64,000 nt of DNA from an uncultured Prevotella sp. (GCA_945873145.1 CAMCBZ010000009.1:5005-69004); one strand, 5' to 3'. Positions 27,901 through 37,140 are shown, counted from the first letter of the stretch. The notes: generated by a model from the sequence alone, not told the origin. Translations and numbers: made by a program.

Positions 27901-28991
27901 TCAGTGTGGCAGACAATGGAGCGGGCATCAGTGCTGAGGATCGTGAGAAGATCTTCCGGCCTTTCTTCCAGGCTAAGGACAACAAGCCGGGCACGGGTAT
28001 CGGCCTTTCCATCGTTCACAACCTTGTGGAGGCGCACGATGGTGAGATCAAAGTGGAATCGGAACCCGGACAGGGCACCCGTATGATCGTGGAACTGCCC
28101 GTCACGCCAGTGCCGAGCTTGGCCAGTCTCACGGTAGAGGCGACAAAAGCAGTGAAAGCTGAAGGCGAGAATGAAGAGACAAAAGAGGGAACAGCTGCAG
28201 ATGAGAAGATGGTGGTTGAGGCTAAGAATCAGCAAGAACAGCGCACGCAGCAGGAAATTGTGCTCATCGTGGAGGACGATCCTGATATGAGCCACTATAT
28301 CGCGAAGAACTTCCAACCTCATTATCAGGTGCTGACGGCCGGCAATGGATGTGAGGCACTCGATGTCTTGTCAAAGCATGCCGTGACGTTGATTGTCAGT
28401 GACTGGATGATGCCGGAGATGGACGGAGCAGCGCTGTGCCGCAGTGTAAGGAGTGATGCCCGTACGAGTCACATCCCCTTCATCATGCTCACGGCCAAGA
28501 CCGATGATGCCAGCAAGACGGAGAGCATGGACTGCGGCGCCGACGCTTTTATCGAGAAGCCTTTCTCCATGCAGTATCTCGAAGCTTGCATCCGCAACAT
28601 GATCGCCATGCGGCGCCGGCTGATGCAGCGCTTTGCCGCCACGCCCACCGAGCCGGTACCAGAGTTGGCCAAGGCACCGATGGACAACGCGCTGTTGCGA
28701 CAAATGAATGAGATCATAGAGGAGAACATAGACAATCCCGACTTCAACGTGCAGATGTTGGTCGAGCGGCTCAACATCAGTCGTTCGGGACTCTTTGCCA
28801 AGGTGAAGGCGATCACTGACACCACGCCTAACGAGATGATCCAGATCATTCGTCTGCGCAAGGCAGCCCGTCTGCTCAAGACCAAGCAGTATCGTGTCTC
28901 GGAAGTCGCCTATCAGGTGGGCTTCAACAACCCGTCTTATTTCTCAAAGTGCTTCCAAAAGCAGTTCGGAGTGAAGCCAGGGGAATATTAA
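24993..28991 (+). CDS. Hybrid two-component sensor/regulator (beta-propellers, Y_Y_Y, histidine kinase, receiver, AraC)
   Basis: TYTNLP.G.YTF, IAHEIRTP, GTGIGLSIV, DWMMP.MDG, VAYQVGFNNPSYFSKCF. Confidence 0.96.
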   Translation: MMRTIFGRMMRIVMALLGWAMTGSASTALTGMMTATGGAVATVGLPYRSLTMEEGLRSNTVRSLLQDRDGFIFMGTDNGLCRYDSHEITYYYNPLRGSDPFVSTLHAFGNGLLVGTSRGLCYFDTRTEQFSAFLTRIKTTVNQVVDDRDGNLWICTQRQGVFRYNMRTHDLRQYPFPKNGGDIRALCVGIDNQVWAYTTKGHRWLYRLNKASQRFEQVTMRQVPADGGGMSILQDGDGTLWLGSWSHGLFRMNTDGMLKQVINPTLTGVGLHIHTLLYIGPHTLLIGCDDGLLRYDTATNRWSRYPEKARSIGVSNDDRFVYTVIRDREGGLWYGTFYGGVKYVSPVSHRFVSFSAAEGQRGNVVGHFCEDGMGHVWIGSDDGGLSCYSLSHHAMMSFPAQQRLSTLNVHALWAEGNALWIGTYSDGILRMDINSGNVTAVGGEDEHAVKSCYALMRDSRRRLWAATMEDIRLYDETTHRFRRVCHTGVMILDIDEDRKGNLWFSTQGAGLYRLDPHTGRFHHYMPSRAEGSLPSAQVNAIDRDERGQLWIATSNGLYCYDARSDRFRRVNIAAPSQEMNSVVCDGYTLWIGTTLGLVRYVPGEPIRIFNRYDGLASNQFQSNAALKASDGSLFFGTVKGFSTFSPYTIQLNRMAPRVFITALSVLNQPQRVGSKLLPETLDDIRQLDLGYKDNMFTLTFSALSYCAPEKNRFAYRLDGFDNNWIEAGNRHTATYTNLPAGTYTFRVKATNNDGIWSREEARLVIVVHPPFWWSLPAKLVYLAVLLLLIYYYTQLRLRRAERRHQREMQRLSEQKAAEVRESRLRFFTMIAHEIRTPVTLIIGPLEKLMQKKEARASDDLNIIDRNAHRLLELVNQLLDFNKVEHGFELHFERQSIAAIMHAVAERFRPSMEQRGITLDVTYPPQDFLAVVDAEGLTKIISNLMTNATKYTHDHVDLSCHVDAAAGRYMISVADNGAGISAEDREKIFRPFFQAKDNKPGTGIGLSIVHNLVEAHDGEIKVESEPGQGTRMIVELPVTPVPSLASLTVEATKAVKAEGENEETKEGTAADEKMVVEAKNQQEQRTQQEIVLIVEDDPDMSHYIAKNFQPHYQVLTAGNGCEALDVLSKHAVTLIVSDWMMPEMDGAALCRSVRSDARTSHIPFIMLTAKTDDASKTESMDCGADAFIEKPFSMQYLEACIRNMIAMRRRLMQRFAATPTEPVPELAKAPMDNALLRQMNEIIEENIDNPDFNVQMLVERLNISRSGLFAKVKAITDTTPNEMIQIIRLRKAARLLKTKQYRVSEVAYQVGFNNPSYFSKCFQKQFGVKPGEY

Positions 28992-29007
28992 AGAGACTTG
29001 CAACCTC

Positions 29008-29080
29008 ACCAGCCTCACCCCCTAACCCCTCTTCAACCAGCCTCACCCCCTAACCCCTCTCCAAAGGGAGAGGGGAGTGA
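29008..29080. repeat. REP-like repeat (CCTCACCCCC..CCCCTCTCC-N4-GGAGAGGGG) with duplicated 5' arm
   Basis: 25-bp direct duplication (29008, 29036) plus hairpin at 29054-29075. Confidence 0.8.
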
Positions 29081-29192
29081 TTACCGCCAAGGGGCGAAAG
29101 GAAGGGCATTCTACCTTTTCGTTGCCAAAACGATAGCATGGGTGTTGCCATTCTCTCCCTCTTAGGGAGAGTTAGAGTGGGTCTATTCCACG

Positions 29193-31655
29193 TTACTTCA
29201 CGCTCCACTCAAAGAGTCCGCAGGAGTATTTCGCGGGTTGCTTGACGTTGAGACGGAGCGCCTTTGTCTTTACGGGCGCAAAGTGGACGGTGCAGGGCTG
29301 TCCTTTCTTTACGGGATAGCTGTCGGCATCGGCCACAGACTGCCACTGACCTTGTGCGTCTTGGTATTCAATGTTCCAAGACTCCGGAACCTTGCATCCG
29401 CCCCACGGCTGGTCGTCGTACCAGTAGACGGTGGCGGACTGTACTTGCTGCGGCTCTTTAAAGGTGTAGGTGATCCACTCCGTAGTTCCTTGTTTCGGCC
29501 ACCAATGGAAATAAGGTACCGAACGGTCGTTCTCGTCGGCAGGCACCAGTCCGTCGGCAATACTCTTCATTGATGCTGAGGGTGTCGACGAGGCAATAGT
29601 AGCTTGCGAAGCCAGCGTGGCCGGTGTGGCCGGACGGGTGGCACGCACATCCTGCGGTATCCACACCTTCATGTTGCCACTGCCACGATGGCACCAGGCG
29701 AAGTAGGGGATCAGCGTCAGTCGCTCGTCCTGTGTGGTCAGCCTTCCTTGTTTGTCGTAGGCCAGCAGTTGGGCATCGGTGGAGAGTGTGGTGATGTCTT
29801 GTGTCTTGAAGATCGTGAGTTGCTTTTGGCGGTCAGCGGGGATGAAGGCAGACATCGGCTTCTCGCCGGCAGCGAACGTAGGACTTTGGTTGACGAGCAT
29901 GCCCATGATGTCGAAGTTGTTGTCCGGCCACTCCGCACAATAGACCAGCGGGCCGCGCTCCACGGCCACCTGACCGCGGTCGGCGACGACTTTGTTGTTG
30001 GCGCGTACGGTGCGCACGTCCATGTCGAAGTGGATGCCGACGACATCACCTTTCTTCCATGCACGGTTGATCGTGTAGTATCCGTCTTTCTCAAGCTGGG
30101 CATCGGCCTTCTTGCCGTTGACGAGCACGGAGTAGGAAGGACGCTTGCCGTCGGAATACTCATAGAGGTCTGATGGCACGGGACGTCCCTGCACCCATCC
30201 GGGGATGCGTATCTTCAGCGAGAAGCGTCCGGCGCGGTTGTTCTCGATCTTCAGAGCGATGTCGCCATTCCAAGGGTATTGTGTCTCTTGGTTCAGCTTT
30301 ACCTCTTTGCCCCCGACGTTCATCGTGGCGCTGTTGGCCAGGAAAAGGTTGACATAGAGGTTGCGGTCCTTCACGGCGTAGACATATCCGGGCAGCGAGG
30401 GGATGAAGCGGCAGATATTGCTTGGACAGCAGGCGCAGCCAAACCACGGCTGGCGCTGGTGCTGTCCCATGGACTCCAGCGGATTGGGATAGAAGAACTT
30501 TCCGCCGTCGAGGCTCGCACCGCTGATGAGACCATTGTAGAGCGTGCGCTCCAGCACATCATAGTATTTCGACTCGCCGTGGAGCAGGAAGAGACGATAG
30601 TTGACATACACGTTGCCGATGGCGGCGCAGGTCTCGGCATAGGCGCTCATGTTGGGCAACTCATAGTTGGCGCCGAAGGCTTCACCGTTGCTCGTCGCCC
30701 CGATGCCTCCGGTGATGTACAGTTTCTTGCTGACGATGTTGTCCCAGATGCGGTCGATGGCATGGATGTAAGCCGTGTCGCCGGTGAGCGCTGCCACATC
30801 GGCCAAGCCCGCATACATATAAGCGGCGCGCACGGCATGACCGACAGCTTCGTCCTGGTCAACCACCGGCTTGTGGCTTTGCGAGTATTCCGACCGCACT
30901 TGTGTCTTACCGCGATAGTCGAGGAAGAACTTTGCCTCGTCGAGATATTTGCGTTGTCCGGTGACGAGATAGAGCTTGCAGAGTGCCATCTCGGCAATCT
31001 GATGTCCCGGCACCACGCAGGCCTGCCCTGGTTTCGGTCCCACCTCACGGACGACACAGTCGGCGTAGCGGATGGCGATGTCGAGGAAGTGGCGGCTTCC
31101 CGTGGCCTGGTAGTGTGCGATGGCGGCTTCTACCATGTGTCCGAGGTTATAGAGCTCATGGCTGAGATCCTCTTCTTTCGACCACCGCTTGTCGCCGGCC
31201 CACTCGTGGGGATGTTGCGGGTTTTGTGTTCTGCCAGTATAGAGATAACCGTCGGGCTCCTGCGCACTGCCGATGATCGTGATCACGCTGTCGATATAGT
31301 GTCTCAGTTTGGCGTCGGGATAGGTCTGGAGAATATAGCTGGCTCCCTCAATGGTCTTGTAGGGATCGGTGTCGTCGAAGCTGTAACCAGAGACGGAAAA
31401 TACTTTGGACGGATCTTTGAGGTGTTCGGCGGCATGCTCAAAGTTCTTGTAGCGTCCCGTCTCCTCGCATTTGCTGAAGGCGAGTGGTATGGTGACCTTG
31501 CGGCTGGCTTCGAGGCGCTGCCCCCAAAAACTGTTGGGAGCCACCTTCACGGAAGTGAAAGTCACGGGAGTAATCGGGTAGCCGCTGAGTCGCTTCTGTG
31601 CCTGTGATGGCAACAGCATGACTATGGTGGCGGCAAATGTCAAAAGTCGTTTCAT
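29193..31655 (-). CDS. GH127 beta-L-arabinofuranosidase with C-terminal carbohydrate-binding-like domain
   Basis: SHELYNLGH, GHAVRAAY, ETCAAIG, CACCPSN; promoter box at 31685-31692. Confidence 0.9.
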   Translation of the reverse strand: MKRLLTFAATIVMLLPSQAQKRLSGYPITPVTFTSVKVAPNSFWGQRLEASRKVTIPLAFSKCEETGRYKNFEHAAEHLKDPSKVFSVSGYSFDDTDPYKTIEGASYILQTYPDAKLRHYIDSVITIIGSAQEPDGYLYTGRTQNPQHPHEWAGDKRWSKEEDLSHELYNLGHMVEAAIAHYQATGSRHFLDIAIRYADCVVREVGPKPGQACVVPGHQIAEMALCKLYLVTGQRKYLDEAKFFLDYRGKTQVRSEYSQSHKPVVDQDEAVGHAVRAAYMYAGLADVAALTGDTAYIHAIDRIWDNIVSKKLYITGGIGATSNGEAFGANYELPNMSAYAETCAAIGNVYVNYRLFLLHGESKYYDVLERTLYNGLISGASLDGGKFFYPNPLESMGQHQRQPWFGCACCPSNICRFIPSLPGYVYAVKDRNLYVNLFLANSATMNVGGKEVKLNQETQYPWNGDIALKIENNRAGRFSLKIRIPGWVQGRPVPSDLYEYSDGKRPSYSVLVNGKKADAQLEKDGYYTINRAWKKGDVVGIHFDMDVRTVRANNKVVADRGQVAVERGPLVYCAEWPDNNFDIMGMLVNQSPTFAAGEKPMSAFIPADRQKQLTIFKTQDITTLSTDAQLLAYDKQGRLTTQDERLTLIPYFAWCHRGSGNMKVWIPQDVRATRPATPATLASQATIASSTPSASMKSIADGLVPADENDRSVPYFHWWPKQGTTEWITYTFKEPQQVQSATVYWYDDQPWGGCKVPESWNIEYQDAQGQWQSVADADSYPVKKGQPCTVHFAPVKTKALRLNVKQPAKYSCGLFEWSVK

Positions 31656-31754
31656 ATAATATATATATTAGGATTTTCTTCCCGCAAAGTTACGCTATTA
31701 TTTCCAAACCATACGCAACGATCGTCCAAGAATCATGCAAGAATCGTACAAAAA

Positions 31755-31809
31755 GCCTCACCCCCGTGCCCCTCTCCAAAAGAGAGGGGAGTGAAATGCT
31801 GCAAGGGGT
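31755..31809. repeat. REP-like repeat, near-identical to 34651-34705
   Basis: AGCCTCACCCCCGTGCCCCTCTCC..GAGAGGGGAGT.AAATGCTGCAAGGG shared. Confidence 0.8.
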
Positions 31810-32007
31810 GAAAACGATATCAGAATTTGGTAAAGGTTTAAAACCAATTACATGGTGACTCATCTCAACCATATTTCTGTTTCAGACTTCAACGCTCCAT
31901 TTCCGATGGAATAAAGAATATAACCGAATATTGAGAAAAGCTCTTAAAACAAAGCAATGTTAAGGGTATTGCAATGTTATGACAGAGCAATGTTGAGGGG
32001 GATTGCA

Positions 32008-32042
32008 ATTCCCTCCCTTTGGGGAGGGGTAGGGAAGGGCTT
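32008..32042. repeat. REP-like repeat (opposite orientation)
   Basis: CCCTCCC-TTTG-GGGAGGG hairpin with G-rich tail. Confidence 0.65.
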
Positions 32043-32199
32043 GCGTTTTTGTTGGATAAACTGACAAAAAACGGGGTCTGAGAATGCGATCTTTGCGAGC
32101 AAGAGGCCTCTTGGGCGAATTTTTGCGAATTTTGGGCGTTTTTATAATGTGTTGATTTACAGAGATGTATGAAAAACAACGTTTTTGCGGTTTTGTCAG

Positions 32200-32251
32200 A
32201 AAGGTACTTTGACCAAAAATTCTCTAGAGAATTTTTGGTCAAAGTACCTTT
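32200..32251. other. Perfect 52-bp palindrome with no spacer
   Basis: AAAGGTACTTTGACCAAAAATTCTCT|AGAGAATTTTTGGTCAAAGTACCTTT checked base by base. Confidence 0.97.
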
Positions 32252-32527
32252 TTCATCGTGTCATCTCGGCTTTTTGATAGTGAGAAAAAGGCTTTTTGAT
32301 GGTATGACTCCACTGTTTTGAGTGAAAAACCGTGCTTTTTGCCTATTTTGAACATGGTTTGGTCGTTCAGAGCTCTTTCTTTCTTCTCTAGAATGAAAGG
32401 AAATCCTGACAGACTTTTGTAAATGTTATTACAACGAAAAGAAGAATTTCGCAGGAACATAAAAAGGATAGGCGCGACTAGCGCAGTGTGCGTCTTCGAG
32501 GCACGTAGTGAGCAGATAAGCATAAAA

Positions 32528-32599
32528 CAGCAACCCCGGGCTGCGGCCGCTTCGCGTCCTTAGCCCGGGGCTACTGATGATTCAGCCTCTTCGAGGCTG
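32528..32599. repeat. Second REP-like class (CCCCGGGCT...AGCCCGGGG plus short hairpin)
   Basis: Long GC stem at 32528-32576 and CAGCCTC-TTC-GAGGCTG at 32583-32599. Confidence 0.6.
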
Positions 32600-32672
32600 G
32601 TCTTGTTGATTCTCGTCCTATTCGTATTTGTTCGTCATGCAAGCGATGAGGCACGTTAAAAGTAATTTCTTG

Positions 32673-34556
32673 TTACGCTCTCAACGCCCGTGTGGCATTG
32701 AGCACGCAGAGGACCATCACACCGACATCACCGAAGACGGCGAGACCCATGCCTGCCAGACCGAGGGCGGCGAGGACGAGGATGGCGACCTTCACACCGA
32801 TGGCGAAGCCAGCGTTTTGCCGTGCGATGCGCAGTGTGTGGCGCGCCACGCGGATGGCTACGGCGATCTTCGACGGCTTGTCGTCCATGAGCACCACGTC
32901 AGCAGCCTCGATGGCAGCGTCACTGCCCAAGGCTCCCATGGCGATGCCTACGTCGGCGCGCGCCAAGACTGGTGCGTCGTTGATGCCGTCACCGACAAAG
33001 GCCAGACTTGTTCCCGCTGGTTTCTCATGCAGCAAACGCTCTACATGTTCCACCTTGTCGGCAGGCAGCAGTCCGGCATGATATTCGTCGAGACCGAGCG
33101 CATCGGCTACGAACATTCCCACCTGCTCATGATCGCCGGTGAGCATCACCGTGCGCTCGACGCCAAGACGCTTCAGGCTTGCCACCGCCTCACGGGCGTC
33201 GGGCTTCACCTGGTCGGAGATGACGACATGTCCCGCATAGCTTCCGTCGACGGCGACATGCACCACGGTACCCACATGTCCCTGACATTTCACGCAGCTG
33301 TGCACTTCGGCACCCACCTTGCGCATCATCTTCTCATTGCCTACGCAGACGCGGTGGCCGTTGATCATGGCCTGCACACCATAGCCAGCTACCTCTTCGA
33401 TGTTCTCGACGCGGCAGTCGTCGTGCTCGTCGGGATAGGCCTGGCGCAGCGCCGCGGCGATGGGGTGGGTGGAGAATCGCTCCACGTGGGCAGCGAGATG
33501 GAGCAGCTCGTTGGCATCCATCTTGTCGGGGTGCACGGCATCCACGGCAAAGACACCCTTGGTCAGCGTGCCGGTCTTGTCGAAGACCACCGTAGAGCAG
33601 CGTGCCAGCACATCCATATAGTTGCCACCCTTGATGAGGATGCCTTTGCGCGAAGCCCCGCCGATACCGCCGAAGAACGTCAGCGGCACCGAGATGACCA
33701 GGGCGCACGGACAGCTGACCACCAAAAACGTCAGCGCACGATAGAGCCATGTGCCGAAGGCGTCGGCATAGCTCGGAGCGAAGAAAGGCGGGATGAAGGC
33801 CAGGGCAAGTGCCATGAGCACTACGATGGGCGTGTAGACGTGGGCAAAACGGGTGATAAACGTCTCGCTCCGTGACTTGTTGGCACTGGCATTCTCCACG
33901 AGGTCTACGATCTTCGAGGCTGTGGACTCGCCGAAACTCTTCGTGGTCTTGATGCGCAGCACACCGGAGATGTTGACACAGCCGGAGATGACCTCACCGC
34001 CAACGTCTACGCCGCGTGGTATGCTCTCGCCGGTGAGGGCTACAGTGTCGAGGCTGGAGCTGCCCTCAATGACGGTGCCGTCGAGCGGAATCTTCTCGCC
34101 GGGCTTCACCACGATGGTCTCGCCGACCTTCACGTCAGCGGGGGCTACGACGGTGACCTGGCCTCCGCGCTCTACGTTGGCGGTGTCGGGACGGATGTCC
34201 ATGAGCTTCGTGATCGACTCGCGGCTGCGGTCCTCGGCATAGTCCTCAAAGAGTTCACCGACCTGGAAGAACAGCATCACAAAGACAGCTTCGGGAAACT
34301 GTGGTTCGGCGCCGGGTAGAAAGCCGATGAGCAGAGCGCCGATGGTGGCTACTGCCATGAGGAAGTCCTCGTCAAAAGGGTCGCCCTCGCGGATACCTTC
34401 CCATGCTTCGCCCAGCACATCGTAGCCTACGATGAGGTAGGGAACGAGGAATACTAACAGCTGTCCCCAAACGGGCATCGCTATATTACGGGTCACGAGC
34501 CATGCTGCCAACAGGAGCACGGCGGACAGAATGATTCTTAGCAGTTTTTTGTTCAT
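32673..34556 (-). CDS. Heavy-metal translocating P1B-type ATPase (CadA/ZntA-like)
   Basis: TGES, SCPC, DKTGT, GDGINDAP; start MNKKLL at 34556 supported by a TAACTTTG box at 34586-34593. Confidence 0.93.
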   Translation of the reverse strand: MNKKLLRIILSAVLLLAAWLVTRNIAMPVWGQLLVFLVPYLIVGYDVLGEAWEGIREGDPFDEDFLMAVATIGALLIGFLPGAEPQFPEAVFVMLFFQVGELFEDYAEDRSRESITKLMDIRPDTANVERGGQVTVVAPADVKVGETIVVKPGEKIPLDGTVIEGSSSLDTVALTGESIPRGVDVGGEVISGCVNISGVLRIKTTKSFGESTASKIVDLVENASANKSRSETFITRFAHVYTPIVVLMALALAFIPPFFAPSYADAFGTWLYRALTFLVVSCPCALVISVPLTFFGGIGGASRKGILIKGGNYMDVLARCSTVVFDKTGTLTKGVFAVDAVHPDKMDANELLHLAAHVERFSTHPIAAALRQAYPDEHDDCRVENIEEVAGYGVQAMINGHRVCVGNEKMMRKVGAEVHSCVKCQGHVGTVVHVAVDGSYAGHVVISDQVKPDAREAVASLKRLGVERTVMLTGDHEQVGMFVADALGLDEYHAGLLPADKVEHVERLLHEKPAGTSLAFVGDGINDAPVLARADVGIAMGALGSDAAIEAADVVLMDDKPSKIAVAIRVARHTLRIARQNAGFAIGVKVAILVLAALGLAGMGLAVFGDVGVMVLCVLNATRALRA

Positions 34557-34649
34557 CGCTTTCCTTCGTTTTATGTTTCTGGGTGCAAAGTTACGAAGTT
34601 TGGCGTGCAACCGGGTTGCAAAGTGGAGGAAGAATCTAACAACGTCACC

Positions 34650-34705
34650 CAGCCTCACCCCCGTGCCCCTCTCCCAAGGAGAGGGGGAGTAAAATGCTGC
34701 AAGGG
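34650..34705. repeat. REP-like repeat
   Basis: Near-identical to 31755-31809. Confidence 0.8.
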
Positions 34706-34812
34706 ACGAAAGACGGGCGTGAGTTGCTGATAGTTCGGCGAGGAGTGAAAGAGGGATGTGAGTTGCTGATAGTACTGCAAAAGGCGAAACAAGGGCGTGA
34801 GTTGCTGATAGT
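34705..34812. repeat. 39-bp-period tandem repeat, 3 copies
   Basis: Exact core GTGAGTTGCTGATAGT at 34719, 34758 and 34797. Confidence 0.85.
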
Positions 34813-35006
34813 GCTGCAATGGACGAAAGAAATAAGACAAAACGAGGGCGTGAACAGTCAAAATCAATAAGTATTGTCGCTGATATTGATTTTCTTTCCA
34901 TCTTTTTGCCTTTATGAATGACAATGTAAGAGATAAAAACGTATATTTGCAAGCAAGAAAGGGCATGGAAAGACCGTGCTGAGGTTAACCAGTAAACGGA
35001 GGTACG

Positions 35007-35921
35007 ATGAAAGGCAAAGGCTATATCTATAATCATAACGACAGGCTGGTGATGATCTTTCTGCTGTCACTGGCCCTGGTAGGTATGCTTCTGATAATCT
35101 TTGTGGGCGGCGACGGCTCGACGATGACGCCAGGTGAAGACGCAACAGCTTTGGCGACAAAAGATCGGAAAGGCAATCTGACCTATGCTCAGCCCGTGGC
35201 TCATCATGCTCTCTTCGCCTTCGACCCGAACACAGCCGACAGCACCGAGCTGCTGAGACTGGGACTGCAACCCTGGCAGGTGCGCAGCATCTATAAATAT
35301 CGGGCGGCAGGCGGCGCCTACAGCAGGAAGGAAGACTTCGCACGACTCTACGGATTGACAAAGAAACAATATGAGGAACTGGCACCCTACATCCGTATCA
35401 GTAGTGACTATCAGCCGGCGGCAGACTATTACGGATACGAAAGGCGAGGATACAGCGGTGGGTCGGCAAGGACGATAAGCGCTGAAAGTGATACCACACG
35501 GCACTATGACTATCCTCATAAACTCAGTGCAACAGAACACGTGAACCTGAATCTTGCTGACACCAATATGCTGAAACGTGTGCCGGGTATCGGCTCGTAC
35601 TGGGCACGCCGCATCATCAACTATCGCGACCGCTTAGGCGGCTTCGTGTCGCAAAGCCAGCTGAAGGAGATCGACGACGAATTCCCACAGTCAGCTATTC
35701 CCTTTTTGAAGATAGCGTTGGGCGATGTGCACAAGCTGAACGTGAACACGTTGACATTGGGCGAACTGAAGCGGCATCCCTATATCAACTATTACCAGGC
35801 TAAGGCCATCGTGGACTACCGCAGGCTGCGGGGTCCTATTCATAGTCTGAATGATCTGAGGCTCTGCAAGGACTTCCCGCCGGACGAGATCAAGCGATTG
35901 GAACCTTATGTGACGTTTTAA
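35007..35921 (+). CDS. Membrane-anchored helix-hairpin-helix protein (ComEA-like)
   Basis: FDPNTAD..L..LGL, VNLNLAD..L.RVPGIG, LNVNT HhH repeats; N-terminal TM helix. Confidence 0.85.
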   Translation: MKGKGYIYNHNDRLVMIFLLSLALVGMLLIIFVGGDGSTMTPGEDATALATKDRKGNLTYAQPVAHHALFAFDPNTADSTELLRLGLQPWQVRSIYKYRAAGGAYSRKEDFARLYGLTKKQYEELAPYIRISSDYQPAADYYGYERRGYSGGSARTISAESDTTRHYDYPHKLSATEHVNLNLADTNMLKRVPGIGSYWARRIINYRDRLGGFVSQSQLKEIDDEFPQSAIPFLKIALGDVHKLNVNTLTLGELKRHPYINYYQAKAIVDYRRLRGPIHSLNDLRLCKDFPPDEIKRLEPYVTF

Positions 35922-35970
35922 GTGAAAAAAAGCAGTGTACCTATAGTTGGGCACACTGCTTGGCTTATGC

Positions 35971-36348
35971 TTATGCTTTTGCAGCGATGCACTCGATCTC
36001 GACGCGCGCGCTCTTCGGCAATGTCTTGATGGCGACAGCAGAGCGGGCAGGGTAGGGAGCCTGGAAGAACTCAGCATAGACGCTGTTCATGTCGGCGAAG
36101 TCAGCCATGTCAGCCAGGAAGACTGTTGTCTTCACCACGTCGGCCATGGTCAGTCCGGCTTCCTTCAGGATGTGCTGGATGTTGGTAAGACTTTGGCGTG
36201 TGAGCTCTTTGATGCCTCCTTGCGCAAACTCACCTGTAGCCGGGTCCACGGGGAGTTGTCCACTGACGAAAACGAAGTTTCCGGCTTGGATGGCCTGGCT
36301 GTAAGGGCCTATGGCTGCCGGAGCGTTGTTGGTTGCAATCTGTTTCAT
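35971..36348 (-). CDS. ridA: RidA/YjgF family enamine deaminase
   Basis: APAAIGPYSQA, SGQLP, PARSAV, VEIECIA. Confidence 0.92.
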   Translation of the reverse strand: MKQIATNNAPAAIGPYSQAIQAGNFVFVSGQLPVDPATGEFAQGGIKELTRQSLTNIQHILKEAGLTMADVVKTTVFLADMADFADMNSVYAEFFQAPYPARSAVAIKTLPKSARVEIECIAAKA

Positions 36349-36435
36349 GATATGTTGTTATTAAAGTTGAACGATACACCTATTTATATATAGGACTTCT
36401 TGTTGCTGTCTTGTATGTTGCGTTTTACCTTTGTC

Positions 36436-37140
36436 TTAACGATGATGCTGCTTGACGATGGCCAGCGAGAAGACGCTGATGTGTACATCGCCTGCTAAAG
36501 ATAGCTGAGAGGCCAGTGCCGTGGTGGTGGCTCCCGTGGTGACCACGTCGTCGACGATGAGCACATGGCGGTGACGGATCGCGTCGGCATCAATGAGCTG
36601 GAAGGCGTCTTTCACGTTTTCGAAACGTTGCGCAGTGCTCAGGCTGGTCTGACTCTTGGCAAATGTCGTGCGGCGTGCTACGTGAGTGAAAACCGGTATG
36701 CCGGTAACCTTGCTGATGCCTTGCGCGATGATCTCGCTTTGGTTGTAGCCCCGTTGTCGCAGTCTTACCTTTGCCAGCGGCACGGGTATGATCGCGGTGA
36801 TGCCGTCGAGAAAGCCCGTTTGCAGCATTTGTCGCCCAGCCTCTTGTCCCAACCAGAGTCCCATCTCGGGACGGTTGTGGTACTTCAGGTCAAAGAGAAA
36901 GTTGCGACGGTCGTCATACATATAATAGAATAAGGAGGCGCCTCGCTCGAAGTTCCGTATCTTGCCATAGAGTCTGTCGACCACCAGATTGTCGTAAGGA
37001 CGCTCCAGAAATCCCGTGTAGGGTAGTTCGAGCAGGCAGGACGAGCAGAGCTGAGGCTCGCTGAGAGACAGCCGCCGCCCACAGATCGGGCAGAATCGCG
37101 GCATGACGAAGTCGAGCAGACGGTCAATCCAACTCGTCAT
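36436..37140 (-). CDS. comF: ComF family phosphoribosyltransferase-like protein
   Basis: N-terminal CxxC..CxxC, RGYNQSE, LIVDDVVTTGAT. Confidence 0.88.
   Translation of the reverse strand: MTSWIDRLLDFVMPRFCPICGRRLSLSEPQLCSSCLLELPYTGFLERPYDNLVVDRLYGKIRNFERGASLFYYMYDDRRNFLFDLKYHNRPEMGLWLGQEAGRQMLQTGFLDGITAIIPVPLAKVRLRQRGYNQSEIIAQGISKVTGIPVFTHVARRTTFAKSQTSLSTAQRFENVKDAFQLIDADAIRHRHVLIVDDVVTTGATTTALASQLSLAGDVHISVFSLAIVKQHHR

Noticed and set aside
31889-32523. Two minus-strand ORFs (117 and 94 aa) in the palindrome interval
   Set aside because: They run through the palindrome and REP copies, have low-complexity composition and show no family motif.
34557-35036. 160-aa N-terminal extension of the P-type ATPase in the ORF track
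   Set aside because: It reads through a REP copy and the 39-bp repeats; a promoter box at 34586-34593 supports the start at 34556.
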